64,000 nt of DNA from the NCBI RefSeq assembly GCF_009914755.1, contig NC_060926.1, one strand, 5' to 3'. Origin of the DNA: the human T2T-CHM13v2.0 reference genome, Homo sapiens. The position numbers and the translations under genes are program-made. The notes under the pieces were generated by a model. It saw nothing but the letters and a program-made list of their open reading frames with translations. It ran no database searches and had not been told where the DNA came from. This document shows, in pieces, positions 52,158 through 64,000 of this stretch (positions are counted from its first letter, which is position 1; each line of letters opens with the position of its first letter).

Positions 52158-53772
52158 TAATGTCCATGGAAGACATTTTACCAACACATGTACACTTCTG
52201 TGGGTATTTCTCTGACAATGTCTAGTCTCCTAGAAGTGCCTAACGTGGAGTGTGGAGTATCTTTCACCACAGTGCATAATTCTGCCTAGTCACCACTTTC
52301 TCTAAGACATTTATCCTCTAAAGCATCTTTTTCCTGGAATCACATCCCAGGGAGTAATTTATTAAAGAAATAACCAAAATCCATAAATTTGTCAGCCTTG
52401 TTTCTCTCCTGAAGGAGAGGTAAAAAAGAAAGATAACCTTCCGCAGCTTGGGTCAGCCGGACTTAAATTGAAGGGGTCGTTAAAGCAAATATATGAATGT
52501 TTGGGGAAAGGGAGGCAAGGAAGGACCCTTGAGAGAGACGAGTGACTGCTCAGTCTCAAGCAGTGTCTATTACACACAAATATCCCAAGATTTCCCCTTT
52601 GCCTTTGACAAACTGGGAGGAGGGAACAGGTTGTCCCAAAAATTGATGTGACTGGAAACCAAATTTTTTCTACTGTGGAGGGTGTCTGCAGTCTTAATTA
52701 CTCCCTTCAAATGGAAGAACAAAGCTCCCATGGAGGAACTGGAGAGAGCTGAGCTGAACTGAGCTGTAGGTTGATCATATTTCAAGGTTTGCTTGTAATC
52801 AATACTACTTTGGTCACCCCCAGACCATTACTGCAGAAGCCTCCTTACCAGTATCAGGATCCTACTTTGCTCTGCAGCCACTTCCTGGAGTTCTTCGAAA
52901 ACTCTAAAAGAAAACAAAACCCAAACACATCACATCAGAAAGATGAGGCATTGAGAAACTTTATAAGCTTAAGAGGAAGTAGATGCTTGTGTAGGGGAGT
53001 TTTTAGATTAGGGAGAAAGAGACAGACATACGAAGAGAGAAAGTCAGTTCTATTTCCAGAGAAAATAAGAAGTTGTTTTGTTGAAGATTAAACCTATTAT
53101 CAGGGCCGAACCAGATCCACCAATAAAGTAGTACTCTTTATTGCTCCTCAAGTGTTTGGCATAGGTATTTTCCACTTGCAGCTAGCATCTTAACTGTATA
53201 TCTAAAACTGACATTTGCAAAACCAAACAGGTGAGGGGCCATATTGGCTCTGGAAAAGAATTCACATCCCTAATACACAGAAAATATGATTTATAAAAAT
53301 CCACTTTTTTTTCATAGAACCATTCAGGAGCACAGCATTGATAGAAAGTGAATATTCCTAGACTCTAACATAAAAAAAAAATCTAGTCAAAATGTATCAT
53401 ACAGTGTTGTTGAAAGAAATTGCACATACATGTAGAAAACAACTTTACATTGAAAAAAATCTTTACTGTTCATGGATTAGGTTTTACCTAAAGCCCTATT
53501 ACTTGCAGTTGTGCTCATCCCACAGATGTTTACTCATAATCTATCTTGCTCTTTATAAATCAAGTCAACAACTATTACATGTCTTTTATGGACTCCAAAT
53601 TTCAAGAACTCTGTGAGAGGCATACAAACAACATATATATAACGCACAGCTATCCATGACATGGATTTCAACTGTATCCCCCAATAACCCAGGTTCTTCA
53701 GGTCATAAATGGATGGGCTTTATCTTCTAACAATCCACACGATCTGTAGCAGATTTTCCAGATGGTAAGCAA

Positions 53773-53883
53773 TGGAATGACCAACTGTCCAGGTTTTCCC
53801 AAGACTGAGGGAGTTCCTTGGTTGTGAACGTTTCAGTACTAAAACCAAGATCTCAGGCAAACCTGGATAAGTTGGTCATCCTA
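53773..53883. mobile_element. MER81 hAT-Blackjack MITE
   Basis: tgaccaactgtccaggttt...ttcagtactaaaacc...caaacctggataagttggtcatccta, with long terminal inverted repeats. Confidence 0.85.
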
Positions 53884-54002
53884 GAGAGTTGAGGGAGAAA
53901 TGACATCATTCAATTATATCAGTGTAGTAATCACATACTTGTCCTCTGCTTCTTCCTTGTCTTTCTTTCCTTCCCTTCCTATCCCATCTTACTCTCTTAG
54001 GA

Positions 54003-54217
54003 TAGCTCTATGGCACAGTGACTAAGAACCAGATTGTGGTTTCCAAATAGATACGGGTCTAAATTCCAGCTTTGCCATGACTTTTTAAAAATCTTGTACA
54101 ATTGACTTAACTTCTCCAGTCCTGCTTCCTTACTAGTGACACATGAGAAAATGCATATGAAGTACATACCATCATGCCTGACACATACATCATGCTTTAT
54201 ACATGTTAGTCACTATT
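54003..54217 (+). mobile_element. MIR
   Basis: tatggcacagtgactaagaac...ttccagctttgcca...tgcctgacacata...atgttagtcactatt. Confidence 0.75.
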
Positions 54218-54549
54218 GTCTCTGGATCATGCCCTTATGGATACTTCCAGCTTCCAGGGTTCTGGTTCTAATGAGACCAATATCAGGGCATGCTATGGAT
54301 CAACAGGAATTAAACCTTCCCACCGCAGTGCATTTGCAGAGCCCTATGCAAATCAATCCTTTGACGTTTCATTAATGAGAACGCAAAAAGTAGGTACAAC
54401 TGAAAGCAAGAAGTAGGTATAACTGCAGCAACATCCTGATTACCCAGAATTTTTCCAACTTTTCTCATCCAATCTCTTCAAGCAACCCCCTTGCATTATT
54501 GTTCCCATATGCTCGACACCCAAGCACATAGAGACATACGCATCACATA

Positions 54550-55770
54550 AACACACAGAGGGACACACATACACACAGAGGTTTTTATATGGCTGAGCTG
54601 GGAGAAGCCAAGTAAAACACTTTTTCTTTTGTTTCTAGACTATTTAGCAAATACGAGGAAAATGACGTGGCACTGAAGAGGGGACTTAGAGAGACAGGGC
54701 CAGTGGGTGGAGGAGGAGAGGACGTGCCGGGAAAAGAATGCAGAAAGGAGATTTTTTTTGGCCACAGAGTTTTTGCTAAAAGCAGCTAGGAAGCCCCACG
54801 GCTCCAGTGTGCGTGAACTCCTGGTAATTTCCTTGGGGAATCCCGCCTCAGAGAACCTCTACCCCGAGAATTAGGAGGAAGCTGAGCTAGGTGAGTTTCC
54901 AAACGGAGGGGGTGGGTGAGTGACTAAAGGCCTGAAGACCGGCCCAGACGAGTTTCCCAGTGGGCGTCCCCTGGCTGCTCTGACAGCCACAATAGGAACT
55001 CAGTCCAGAAGAGGGGAATGCCGAGGCCAGGGACGATTCCTAGTGTTTTCCTTTGTCTCTCAGCTTCCTGTGTTTGAAATGAAGGCATCCGAGGCTCTCT
55101 GTGGCCACTCTTGTCTGGGATTCTTTCCTCAAGAGGTGTTCTTGAATTTGTGAGAACTGCCAGGAAATGGCGTGAGTCATGTCTTCTTAGCAGACAATAT
55201 TCAGCTTTAGAAATTCCCAGAGATATGACTTGTTTATAGGAAAGGAAACAGGGCTATTCTGAGCTGCCAGGGGAAGAGGAAAGCGCTGCTCATTTTTTAA
55301 AATATCGTGTTGAAAGGTCATACACGCGGCCAGAGTGCCAGCAAGAGCCCGGTATAGACACTGATGTTAGCAGTTCATTTGCCTACATTTCAGGCGATAT
55401 TTTTGAGCGTGGCATTTTAAAATGCGAGTTCCATGGCATTGAAATTCCACTCCCAGTCTTAAGCCCAAAGGCATGAGCAGGGTCCAAGGCGGAGTCTTGG
55501 TTGGAGGGGTGCGGCTGGGGTGTTGTTAGGCCTGGCTGAGGGGAGGGGAGGAGCATATACAAAGACACCACCTTTCTCTACTTTCTAATTTCACATTTCT
55601 TGAGCAGCCAGCTGATTTTTGTTCCCATATTCCATGCTCCTTCCTCTACTGTCTTTTCTTCATAGTGTTAACAACTGCCATGTCCATTGTCCTTACCTTA
55701 AAGGATTGTTCAAAGCGGCCAACTTTGGAAAATGTGTCCAAGGAGAGAAACTCGGGGGGATTCCTACTCC
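54550..55770. promoter_or_regulatory. CpG-enriched putative inducible enhancer or promoter
   Basis: About two dozen CpGs in 54650-55520; TGACGTGG at 54663; NF-kB GGGGAATCCC at 54835 and GGGGGATTCC at 55755; AP-1 TGAGTCA at 55173 beside ETS CAGGAAAT; minus-strand TATAAAA near 54583-54589; plus-strand donor TAG|GTGAGT near 54890. Confidence 0.6.
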
Positions 55771-56154
55771 TGCAACCCTTGCTTCTGGCATTGGACCACC
55801 TTCTTGTGCAAAAAGTTTGGTCCTGAAATGTTTGAACTCGTAAAGGCACCGTTTACACATCTGTCACTGTTAGCAGAGCCAGTCAGCTGACCACAGAGAT
55901 TGATTTCCAAGGAGAAAATAATCCACTGAGTATTCACTGATACAACAATAATTAGCCAATGTGATAATTTCATAGATACCACATCTGATAAAATCAACAC
56001 CTTTTCCTAATTACAGAGTAAACATTTCAATAGGAATAGAAGGATGCTCCTTCAATGTGATAAAGATGCTCTTGGCTTAAAGTAAATAAAGATTATAATT
56101 AATTGGCAAACATTGAAAATCAGAAACAAACACAAAGAATGTCCTTTAGTATGA

Positions 56155-56328
<174 letters not shown>

Positions 56329-56429
56329 TAGCATCATTATCACTTTAGATTCTCTGGTTAATGCAGTAGGTTATAAACACAAAAGGAATAAATTTTTGTG
56401 AACTAAGGTACTAAAGTACATGAAAATCA

Positions 56430-57025
56430 CACAAGTATAAATCTGAAAAAGTCAAAAGAATTAACTAAAAGCTTTCTTTATTTTAAAAAAGAGTCATAAA
56501 GTGGCTTGGAATAAGATAAATACCTAAAAAGCAACAGTATTTCTATATACTGGCAGTAAACAGATAGATAATATAAAGCAAAAGAAAAGCTATTCAAATA
56601 GCGACAAATATAAAATATTTATAAACTCAATAAGAAATGTATTAAAAGTTTTAAAACCTTGATTGGGGGATATATTTTTAATAATTAAGAGGAAGAGTTA
56701 TATTTTTATTAGATGGAAAAATTCAACATAAAGATGCCAAGGCTCCTCAAACTTACTGAAATAATTCTGTCTAAAGATCCAACGGGACGTTTCTTGAAGG
56801 TCATTAGAATGAACACTGACGAATTGCTAAGCTTAGTGCTTATCTTATTAAAAACATTCAAAACTATAAACAGGAAAACTAGCAAAATGCAAATGTTCTT
56901 AGGGATCAGCCTCGTCAGATATCAGAACCTATTGTAAAAACTGAAACTGTGTTTGATGTAAATATAAAAATATAAAGAAAAAGAAAATAATGAAATCCCC
57001 TGAAACAGACCCTGTTATATACATA
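56430..57025 (+). mobile_element. Very old L1M ORF2 fragment
   Basis: gtatttctatatactggcag, gatggaaaaattcaacat, cagatatcagaacctattgtaaa and cctgaaacagaccc. Confidence 0.7.
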
Positions 57026-57029
57026 TGTG

Positions 57030-57252
57030 TCACATTTTATAGATGGCCTCATAGTTCACAAAGTTTTCCACTTGCATTATCTTTTATGCTTCAGAATCAT
57101 GCTAGGAATCAAGTCGTATTATTACCCTCAGTCTTAGTTCTGAAGAAACTGACACTCAGAAGTGGCTTGACCAACATAATAAAACTAAGATAAACCCAGA
57201 CTTGAACCTAGATTTTCTGACTTCTCTTACCAGGCATCTTTTCACTACATCA
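57030..57252 (-). mobile_element. MIR
   Basis: tgaagaaactgacactcaga...gacttgaacctagattttctgact...ttttcactacatc. Confidence 0.8.
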
Positions 57253-57725
57253 ATCTCACAATACATTGGAGAATATACTTTTTTTAACCATACTGAAATT
57301 AGGGGAAAAAATGTTTCGACCTGCCCTTACACCATGTACTCCTGCTAACAATAAACAAACAAAATCCTGTAGTTGTTTGATGAAACATAGAGATATGACA
57401 CTGAACTAGGGTCTGTGTCTGTGGTTGTCCCTCACTGAGTCCACTCACAAAGTACGAAGCTACAATGCTTCCTATTCACCTCCTCCCACCCCCACCCCCA
57501 CCCTATCACCCCCATCCACCCCAGATGAATTACTTATTGTCACTAAGACGTAGCAGTGCCCAAAGTGAAATTGAAACTCTCCAGCAAATTACTGTTAAAA
57601 GAAAGTATAGTCAGTCTGTTTCTGGGGAGGGGTTGGATAATTAGAGAGCAACTAATTAGGAGCATACAGTTAAGAGTAAGGACAAACAGAAAGAAGAAAA
57701 GGAGTAAGCAACTCATACATAGTGC

Positions 57726-57888
57726 AGACCCACTATGTGGGAAAACCACTCATCTCTGACATTGTAGCAAAAAAGCAGCTGTCAACAATAAACATAAATG
57801 CTAGCCTTAGCTGAATGGGCACAGCTGTGTTCCAATAAAACTTTATTTCCATAACAGGCAGCAGGCAGACTATACATTGATGACTCCT
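57726..57888. mobile_element. MER58A fragment
   Basis: accactcatctctgacattgtagc...gctgtgttccaataaaactttattt...gactcctg. Confidence 0.85.
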
Positions 57889-57939
57889 GTACTAAGCAAT
57901 TTAAGATAGTTTTTCCATTCAATTATCCTAAAAAAAAAA

Positions 57940-58060
57940 CCCCTTTAGATAAGAAATCAGAGGTTACTCAACATGACCACCTGACATTAAGATGGATACA
58001 AGTATTTGCCTCAGTAAGTGGCAGAGCTGAAATCTGAACTCAGGTCTTGTGACTCCCAAG
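57940..58060 (-). mobile_element. MIR fragment
   Basis: agtaagtggcagagctgaaatctgaactcaggtcttgtgactcc. Confidence 0.7.
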
Positions 58061-59774
58061 CTGGGAAGCTGGAAAGTGTGTAGTCTTCTGATAGGGCAGC
58101 CTCCTGTGACTCAGAGGTTTAACTGGATTTTATGGGTGTGAAGTCTCAGCAGGTAGAAGAGGCCTGAACAGGCTGCATCTAATGAACTAGACATGTGTTG
58201 CACTGAACCAGGCTGGGAGTACGTGGGTGATCTCTGTTGCAATCATTTAACAAAGTAGGGAGGTATAGACATGCCCATTCACCTCAGACACACCCCTCGC
58301 CTCCGAGACATCAAATCCGCTCCTCCTAACACACAGCAGGGTGCAGTTGTGGTCAGAAGTGAGTGGGAGAAGGAGGGTAGGCAGATGGGTGGCTGTTTAT
58401 GGAAACCAGGAAATCCCAAAAAATAAAGTCATCTAGAGCAATTCAGGCAACTTCTTTGAGTCCAAGCTTTCCTTTCTGTGGAATAGAAATGTCTGTCCTC
58501 TTTCTTTTCTTTTTTTTTAGCAAGATGTCAGAATAATACAATAGGAAAAAAAAAAAAAACTCTGTGTAAAGTTCATTGGGCACCTCAGGGATACATGTCA
58601 TTTGATGACATAGTCTCATTGTCACCTGACGCCCCATGACTTCAGCTGGCTCCAGAGTCTGCATGTAGCTTTCTGTGGGGAACTCTGCCATCTTTACATT
58701 TAACACATCTCTGCTGACAGACCAGCACTATTGAGCTGGTGCTTTGACAACCACGTCGACAAGAGACCAGGAGAGATGCCATGTAAAGGTGAAAGGACAG
58801 TGACTAAGGGGAGCAAATGAGCTTTTAAACGAGCCTGACACCATCCAGCTAGTTTTCATACTCCCTCCTGTGAAAAATCTTGACATATTGGTACATTGCT
58901 ATGAGTTATTTATTTATATCGGTGTATAGTGGCCTAATATTATTTGCTCTTGCAGAGTGTTATCTAGGACTACAAACTTATTTTATTTTAAGCTCAATGA
59001 CATTTCATCAACAGTTAACACAGCGTGAGTAGCTAAAAGTCACTTCAGGACAGTACATGAGGCCTCTCAGATGTTGTTGCTTTATTGCTTGACTGGATAG
59101 TTCTCTGGCTTTCTCTACTTTTGATGGTTTCTGTTTTTACCCAGCTTTGTCTGTTTTGAGCTGTATTTTTTCAGTCCATTATTACATATTATATTATTTA
59201 TTTCACCACAAGATTTATTTATTATCTGCAGTAATGAAAACTAATTTGTTTCATTTGCCCATGTTAGCTATGCCTAAAAGGGAAAACAATTCTCTCTTGG
59301 TCATACAGAGAGGGGTAGAATGGAAAGGAGATGGGTACAGTCACTGAGGAGTCTCTAAGAGGATTCCATCCTGGAGAACCCCTGCTCTGGGCTTGGAGAA
59401 CTGGGCTCAAACAAGGCAGGGTTCATGTCAAACCCCTGGCAAATTCTCTCAATTTGGGACTGAGTCTCTCATGGTGCCTAGACTTTGGTAATGCTTTCTG
59501 GAAACTCAGAAACTGTTGGTCCTAATCTCAATTCAGCTATTGACATTCTGGTCTTTTCTATTTAAAGCCACAAAATTGACTGTTTATTTTCTAGTCATAG
59601 TTTAATTTTGTTTTGTTTTAAGCTCTCTTAGTTGATTTCTGCCCAATCAATAAGATCAGCCACACATTTAATCTGATTCTGTCATTGAGACAGCTGAACA
59701 CCCTGGCAATTCTACAGCCTACTCTGGGTAAGTTCAGTCCATATAAACTCAGCCCATTTCCAACACCTCTGTGA

Positions 59775-59850
59775 CAGCTTTCTCATCTGTAATATGAGAA
59801 AACACTCACCTAGTTCACAGAATTGTTGGAAGAATTATATAATAAACAAG
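59775..59850 (+). mobile_element. MIR core fragment
   Basis: cagctttctcatctgtaatatgag...tcacagaattgttggaagaatta. Confidence 0.6.
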
Positions 59851-60084
59851 ACTGTACTACATTTTTTAACTGACAACATACATTTTCTTAATAAAAAATA
59901 ACATTTTTAATAAAACAATAATAATATATGTCTCCAAGAAGACGAACACTAGATTTCTCGGGTGTTCTGTGTGTTGCAGCACTTTGCTGGTGTTGACATG
60001 AATTTGTCAATCAGAACAGTTATACTCATTAATAAGAATAAACATTGACTTTTGCAGTTCTGTACTGATTATAATTTAGCCCTC

Positions 60085-60345
60085 TTTTAAAAAAACTATG
60101 AAAGTATTACATATAGAAAAGGGCATAAATGTTACGTGTGATGAAGTTTCATAAAATAAACACACCTGTGAAACCAACACTCAGATGAAGAAACAGAACC
60201 CCTACAGCGTCCCAGAACCAGCCCCATGTGCCCCATTCCAGGCATTTTTCCTCTAAAGAAAACTCCTTTCCTGACTTCTAACAATATAGATTAGTTCTAC
60301 CAGTTTTCATAATTTTTTATACATGGAATTAAAAAATTATGTAGT
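60085..60345 (-). mobile_element. L1ME-type 3' end
   Basis: aaacacacctgtgaaaccaacactcagatgaagaaacagaac...cctgacttctaacaatatagattagtt. Confidence 0.85.
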
Positions 60346-60463
60346 ATTAGTACAGATCTTTCTAAGCTTATTTAAGCTTAGTTCATAAAGAAGATATGGG
60401 TTCTAAAGCAGTCTTTCTTTTCTAGGCTGACTTGAGGAAAGAGAGCTGGAGGAGCGGGGTGAG

Positions 60464-60596
60464 TAGAGGAACCCTATAATTTGTTATCCAAACTGGGACA
60501 CCTTTGAGAGTGAAAGAAGGTGCTATTCATAATAACAGTGGACAAAAGCCATAAGCAGTGACTGTCCCCAGCAAACCAGGACATGTGGTCACCCTG
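60464..60596. mobile_element. MER94 hAT-Blackjack MITE
   Basis: atccaaactgggacacctttgagagtgaaag...gcaaaccaggacatgtggtcaccctg. Confidence 0.88.
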
Positions 60597-60751
60597 GTGA
60601 GAGGGGATGGTAGAAGATAGCAGGGACACACTGGCAGGAAAAATCTGCCTTTGGGGCCCTAAAATAGAATCCATTCCAGTTGCCCAATATGGATTCAGGA
60701 CTGGGGGCTGGTAGCACACTTCTCAAAAAGTGTTGTCATTGGTAGAAAACT

Positions 60752-61040
60752 CAGGTCAATAAATACTTACTGGATCCCTGCTATGCGCAAGGCACTGCAA
60801 TGGCACCAAGATGGTTTGAGCACTGTCCCTGCCCAAAGTAGCTCACAGTCTGATAGTGGCAATGAGACAAGTTCACAAATAGGTGAACTGTAAGGTGGCT
60901 GCCAATGGAAATGTGTGAAGTATTATGTGGATTCCAAATACAGCGTTATTTGGATTACAAGGAACAGGAGATCGTGCCCCCTGGGAGACATGGAAAAAGC
61001 AAGCACCGTGGGGTAGGTAGCATTCAGCATGGTCTAGAAT
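60752..61040 (-). mobile_element. L2 3' fragment
   Basis: tcaataaatacttactg...ctatgcgcaaggcactg...gtccctgccc...gctcacagtct. Confidence 0.75.
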
Positions 61041-61047
61041 CTTACTT

Positions 61048-61213
61048 CAGTGGTCCTCAACTATGCATATTAGAATTAGCTTTTCTAACACCCAATACTC
61101 AGGCAGCACCCCAGAACAATTAAATCATAGTCTCTGGGAATAGGGCCCAGGTCTAAATATTTTAAAAGCTCGCCCAGGTAACTCCAGTGAAGAGTGAAGC
61201 CTGAGAACCACTA
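61048..61213. mobile_element. MER5A/B element
   Basis: Termini cagtggtcctcaa...tgagaaccacta; internal caccccaga..aattaaatca and ttttaaaagctc.ccaggt. Confidence 0.85.
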
Positions 61214-63404
61214 TTCTACAAAGATGAGTAGACATTAGCTGGCAGGAAAGATGGGGCAGAGAGGAGGCCATGGAGAGAACAGCTGTGAGTTAGTATATTC
61301 CCTCTTTGGTAGGCACACAGAGAAGAGTTGCCCACTGGGAATTAAATATGGAGGAAAAGCAGCAGGGCAAAAATAATTTAACCCCCTTCAGGAAAAAAAA
61401 ATTAATTAATTATGAAACCATTTGCTAAGGCTGATAACAGGGATGGATGGGGAAAAGATGCACTGAACACCAAGGGAACACAGAGTGGCAATAAATCCAT
61501 CATAAATCGCACAAGCCATCAGATAACGTCTGTTCCTCACATTAGCATCCCATTAAGCTGCTATTAGTGATAGCAAGGAAACTGAATGAAACCGGCTTCC
61601 TGGGTTAGCACTAGCAGCCAGGGAGAGTTAACAAGCTGCAATCCTTCACTGGTACCTTTAAGGACCTGAGGTCCATTTGTAAAGGATGCTTAGAAACCCC
61701 AAACCTTGACCTATCACGCTCATGCTGTGGGAGTTTGTGGGGGGGCTGGAATTAATCACAGCAGGGACACAATTTACCGATCAATACCAGCCAATTAGAA
61801 GGCTCCCTGCTGCGGAGAGTTCCCTTGGAATGCCAGATGACCTTTGCCCTTGACTTTTTGTGGGGGCAGATGTTTCTTTAGCACAGCTACTGATAAGGAT
61901 GGTGTTCCGAGGGGCATAGCTCATTTCACATGCCAACCGCTGCCCGGGCATCTTGGGGCTGAACTTTTTGAGCACTTAAGCATGAGCCACCTGCCAATGG
62001 AAGGTAAAGAAAGACAGGAATGGAAATTATAGCAATAATTAATTTAAAGCCATTGTGCCACTTTTTCTGTGAACTCAGCCCTGACCTTCAAGAAGCCACT
62101 GAAAAGAGCAGAAAATTAGGAAACTCAGTCTTTGCCCAGAGTTCACTATTGTGTTGCTGTCCTGTTCTGCAGCCTCCACTACCTGTCAGAGAGAGGAGAT
62201 TGTAAGGCCTGGAGAACCACCTAGAGGGAAAAAGCCCAATAGCTACCACTGCTTTCCATGATCTGGCTTGGGGACTCCAGCTAGAGCCTGGGTGGGCCCC
62301 AGAAGCCCCATTCTTCCAGGACTTCTAGATAGCTGTTTGCCATTGTTGTTTACAAGTCTTGGCCAGTATTTTTTAAAATCAGTTTTCTGACATCTTTGCC
62401 ACAGAGGTAATGTGCCCCAGGACACAGAAAAATAAATAAATAAACATTTATTTATTTTAAAATATTTACTTAAAAAATTAATAACTATTAGATAATTCTA
62501 GGAAGTGTTCTGAAGTTTACCATTTTTTTTGGTCACTTACTTTTTTAGTCATATTTTAAGGTAAACAATCTATTGTATACAGCCTTTCCTGGAAACTCCA
62601 GGACTTCAAGCATTTGACCTCATCCTTCTAGTTGCTTCACCTCCTCTTGCAGATTTCCATCATGGTTTCTTCGGATGCCAGTTTGGAGAATCCTTCTCAA
62701 CATTTTCCCTCCTAAGTATTCCTCTGCCCCTTTCACCACAGAGAATCATGGTTTTCAAATGAAAAATAAAAACAAGTTTGGGGCTGACTTTAATAAGTAC
62801 AAGACATGGGGCAAATCATACAGTGATTCCCTCCCTTTCCTTACCCTAAACCACAAACCTTTTTATTTAAGTCAAACCTGATATAAATGGTGATCAAAAA
62901 TATCACTGAAGTGAAAAACAAACTTTTGGAAGATCAACAAATTTTTGGAAGGAATTGTGAGCAGATAGGAAAGGAACATCATCATCATCACAGATTTTGC
63001 CTTGGAAATGTAGACAGTGGGGAAGAGTTTTGCAAACCAATGACACATAAGTGTGTTAGCCTCGAGAATATTTAAATATTTAAATGTGCAACTTGGCAGA
63101 AGCCACCATCTTTCTATATCGCCCTGCACACCCACTAGCTCCTTAAGTCACTCTGTGTCCCTCCCCAAATGTGCAACTGTCACCCTGTCCCCTGATCTGA
63201 GGAAGGATCCTGCCCAAGTTCTTCACTTACACAGGAGAGGGCAATTGTCCACATTCCTTTCTACTCTAAATGCTTTTCAATCTCTGCTGTGTTGCAGTCT
63301 TGCCAAAAATGTTTAGCCTGAATCTTATCACGCAGGGAAAATCCACACAAATCCAGAGTGTGGGACATGGATGTGTGTGTGTGTGCCTGGTGGGGGTAGG
63401 GGGA

Positions 63405-63516
63405 GCACAAAGTGGCAAAATGCTAAAACAATTATTGAATCTAGTAAAGCAGAGCAGGATTCTATAATCATTTCAATTCTTTTATAGGTTCAACATTTTT
63501 CAAAATAAAAAGTTGG
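63405..63516 (+). mobile_element. L1MC/ME extreme 3' end
   Basis: gtggcaaaatgctaa...tgaatctag...atttttcaaaataaaaagtt. Confidence 0.6.
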
Positions 63517-63825
63517 TAGAATAATAGGAAGCCATGAGGACCAAGAAGCTCACATTTCCAAGGCTTTCTAAGTTTCACCTTGAAGCAAGATACATCATAA
63601 AGCATTGTCTAGGTACAACTTGCACTTTCCTGTCCAAGCCTCAGACCCTGTTCTTCATCTGGGCCCACAGAGCAACAGCTTCCACTTTTGTGGCCAAAGA
63701 AAAATGCTAACCAGCTTGTAATTGCTGTAAGGAGGTATGTTTGATGGTTTACACAAAAATAATAGACATACTCAAAAAAACTCCAGATTGTAATGTAAAG
63801 TGCAAGGTCATATAGAATGTCATTA

Positions 63826-64000
<175 letters not shown>

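Noticed and set aside
62630-62770. Good plus-strand acceptor CACCTCCTCTTGCAG with downstream short ORFs
   Set aside because: There is no convincing donor and no recognisable peptide in any frame.

Overview
This window is primate (human-like) nuclear DNA, with AluJ/S/Y copies and CpG depletion. It appears intronic or intergenic: I recognise no protein-coding exon, RNA gene or gene symbol, and the ORF track is explained by chance, simple repeats, Alu and L1 remnants. Roughly half is interspersed repeat: 13 Alu/monomer copies, a near full-length ancient L1MB-type element (16.4-24.6 kb), a nested L1 cluster (39.4-42.9 kb), many L2/MIR fragments, solo LTRs and hAT/Tigger fossils. Two regulatory-looking islands stand out: 30.1-30.8 kb (G4 / Z-DNA / G4) and 54.55-55.8 kb (CpG-enriched, NF-kB/AP-1/UPRE motifs). 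The most notable observations are: a probable retroposed mRNA 3'UTR fragment at about 36.15-36.53 kb; a minus-strand 105-nt candidate exon with recursive-splice-like AG|GT architecture at 45821-45925; a long MER53-ended hAT retaining a transposase C-terminus; two L1-endonuclease sites each used twice; and an L1 orientation bias suggesting a minus-strand host transcript. Repeat subfamily names come from recalled consensus sequences, and boundaries of old repeats are approximate. I found no convincing new multi-gene system.
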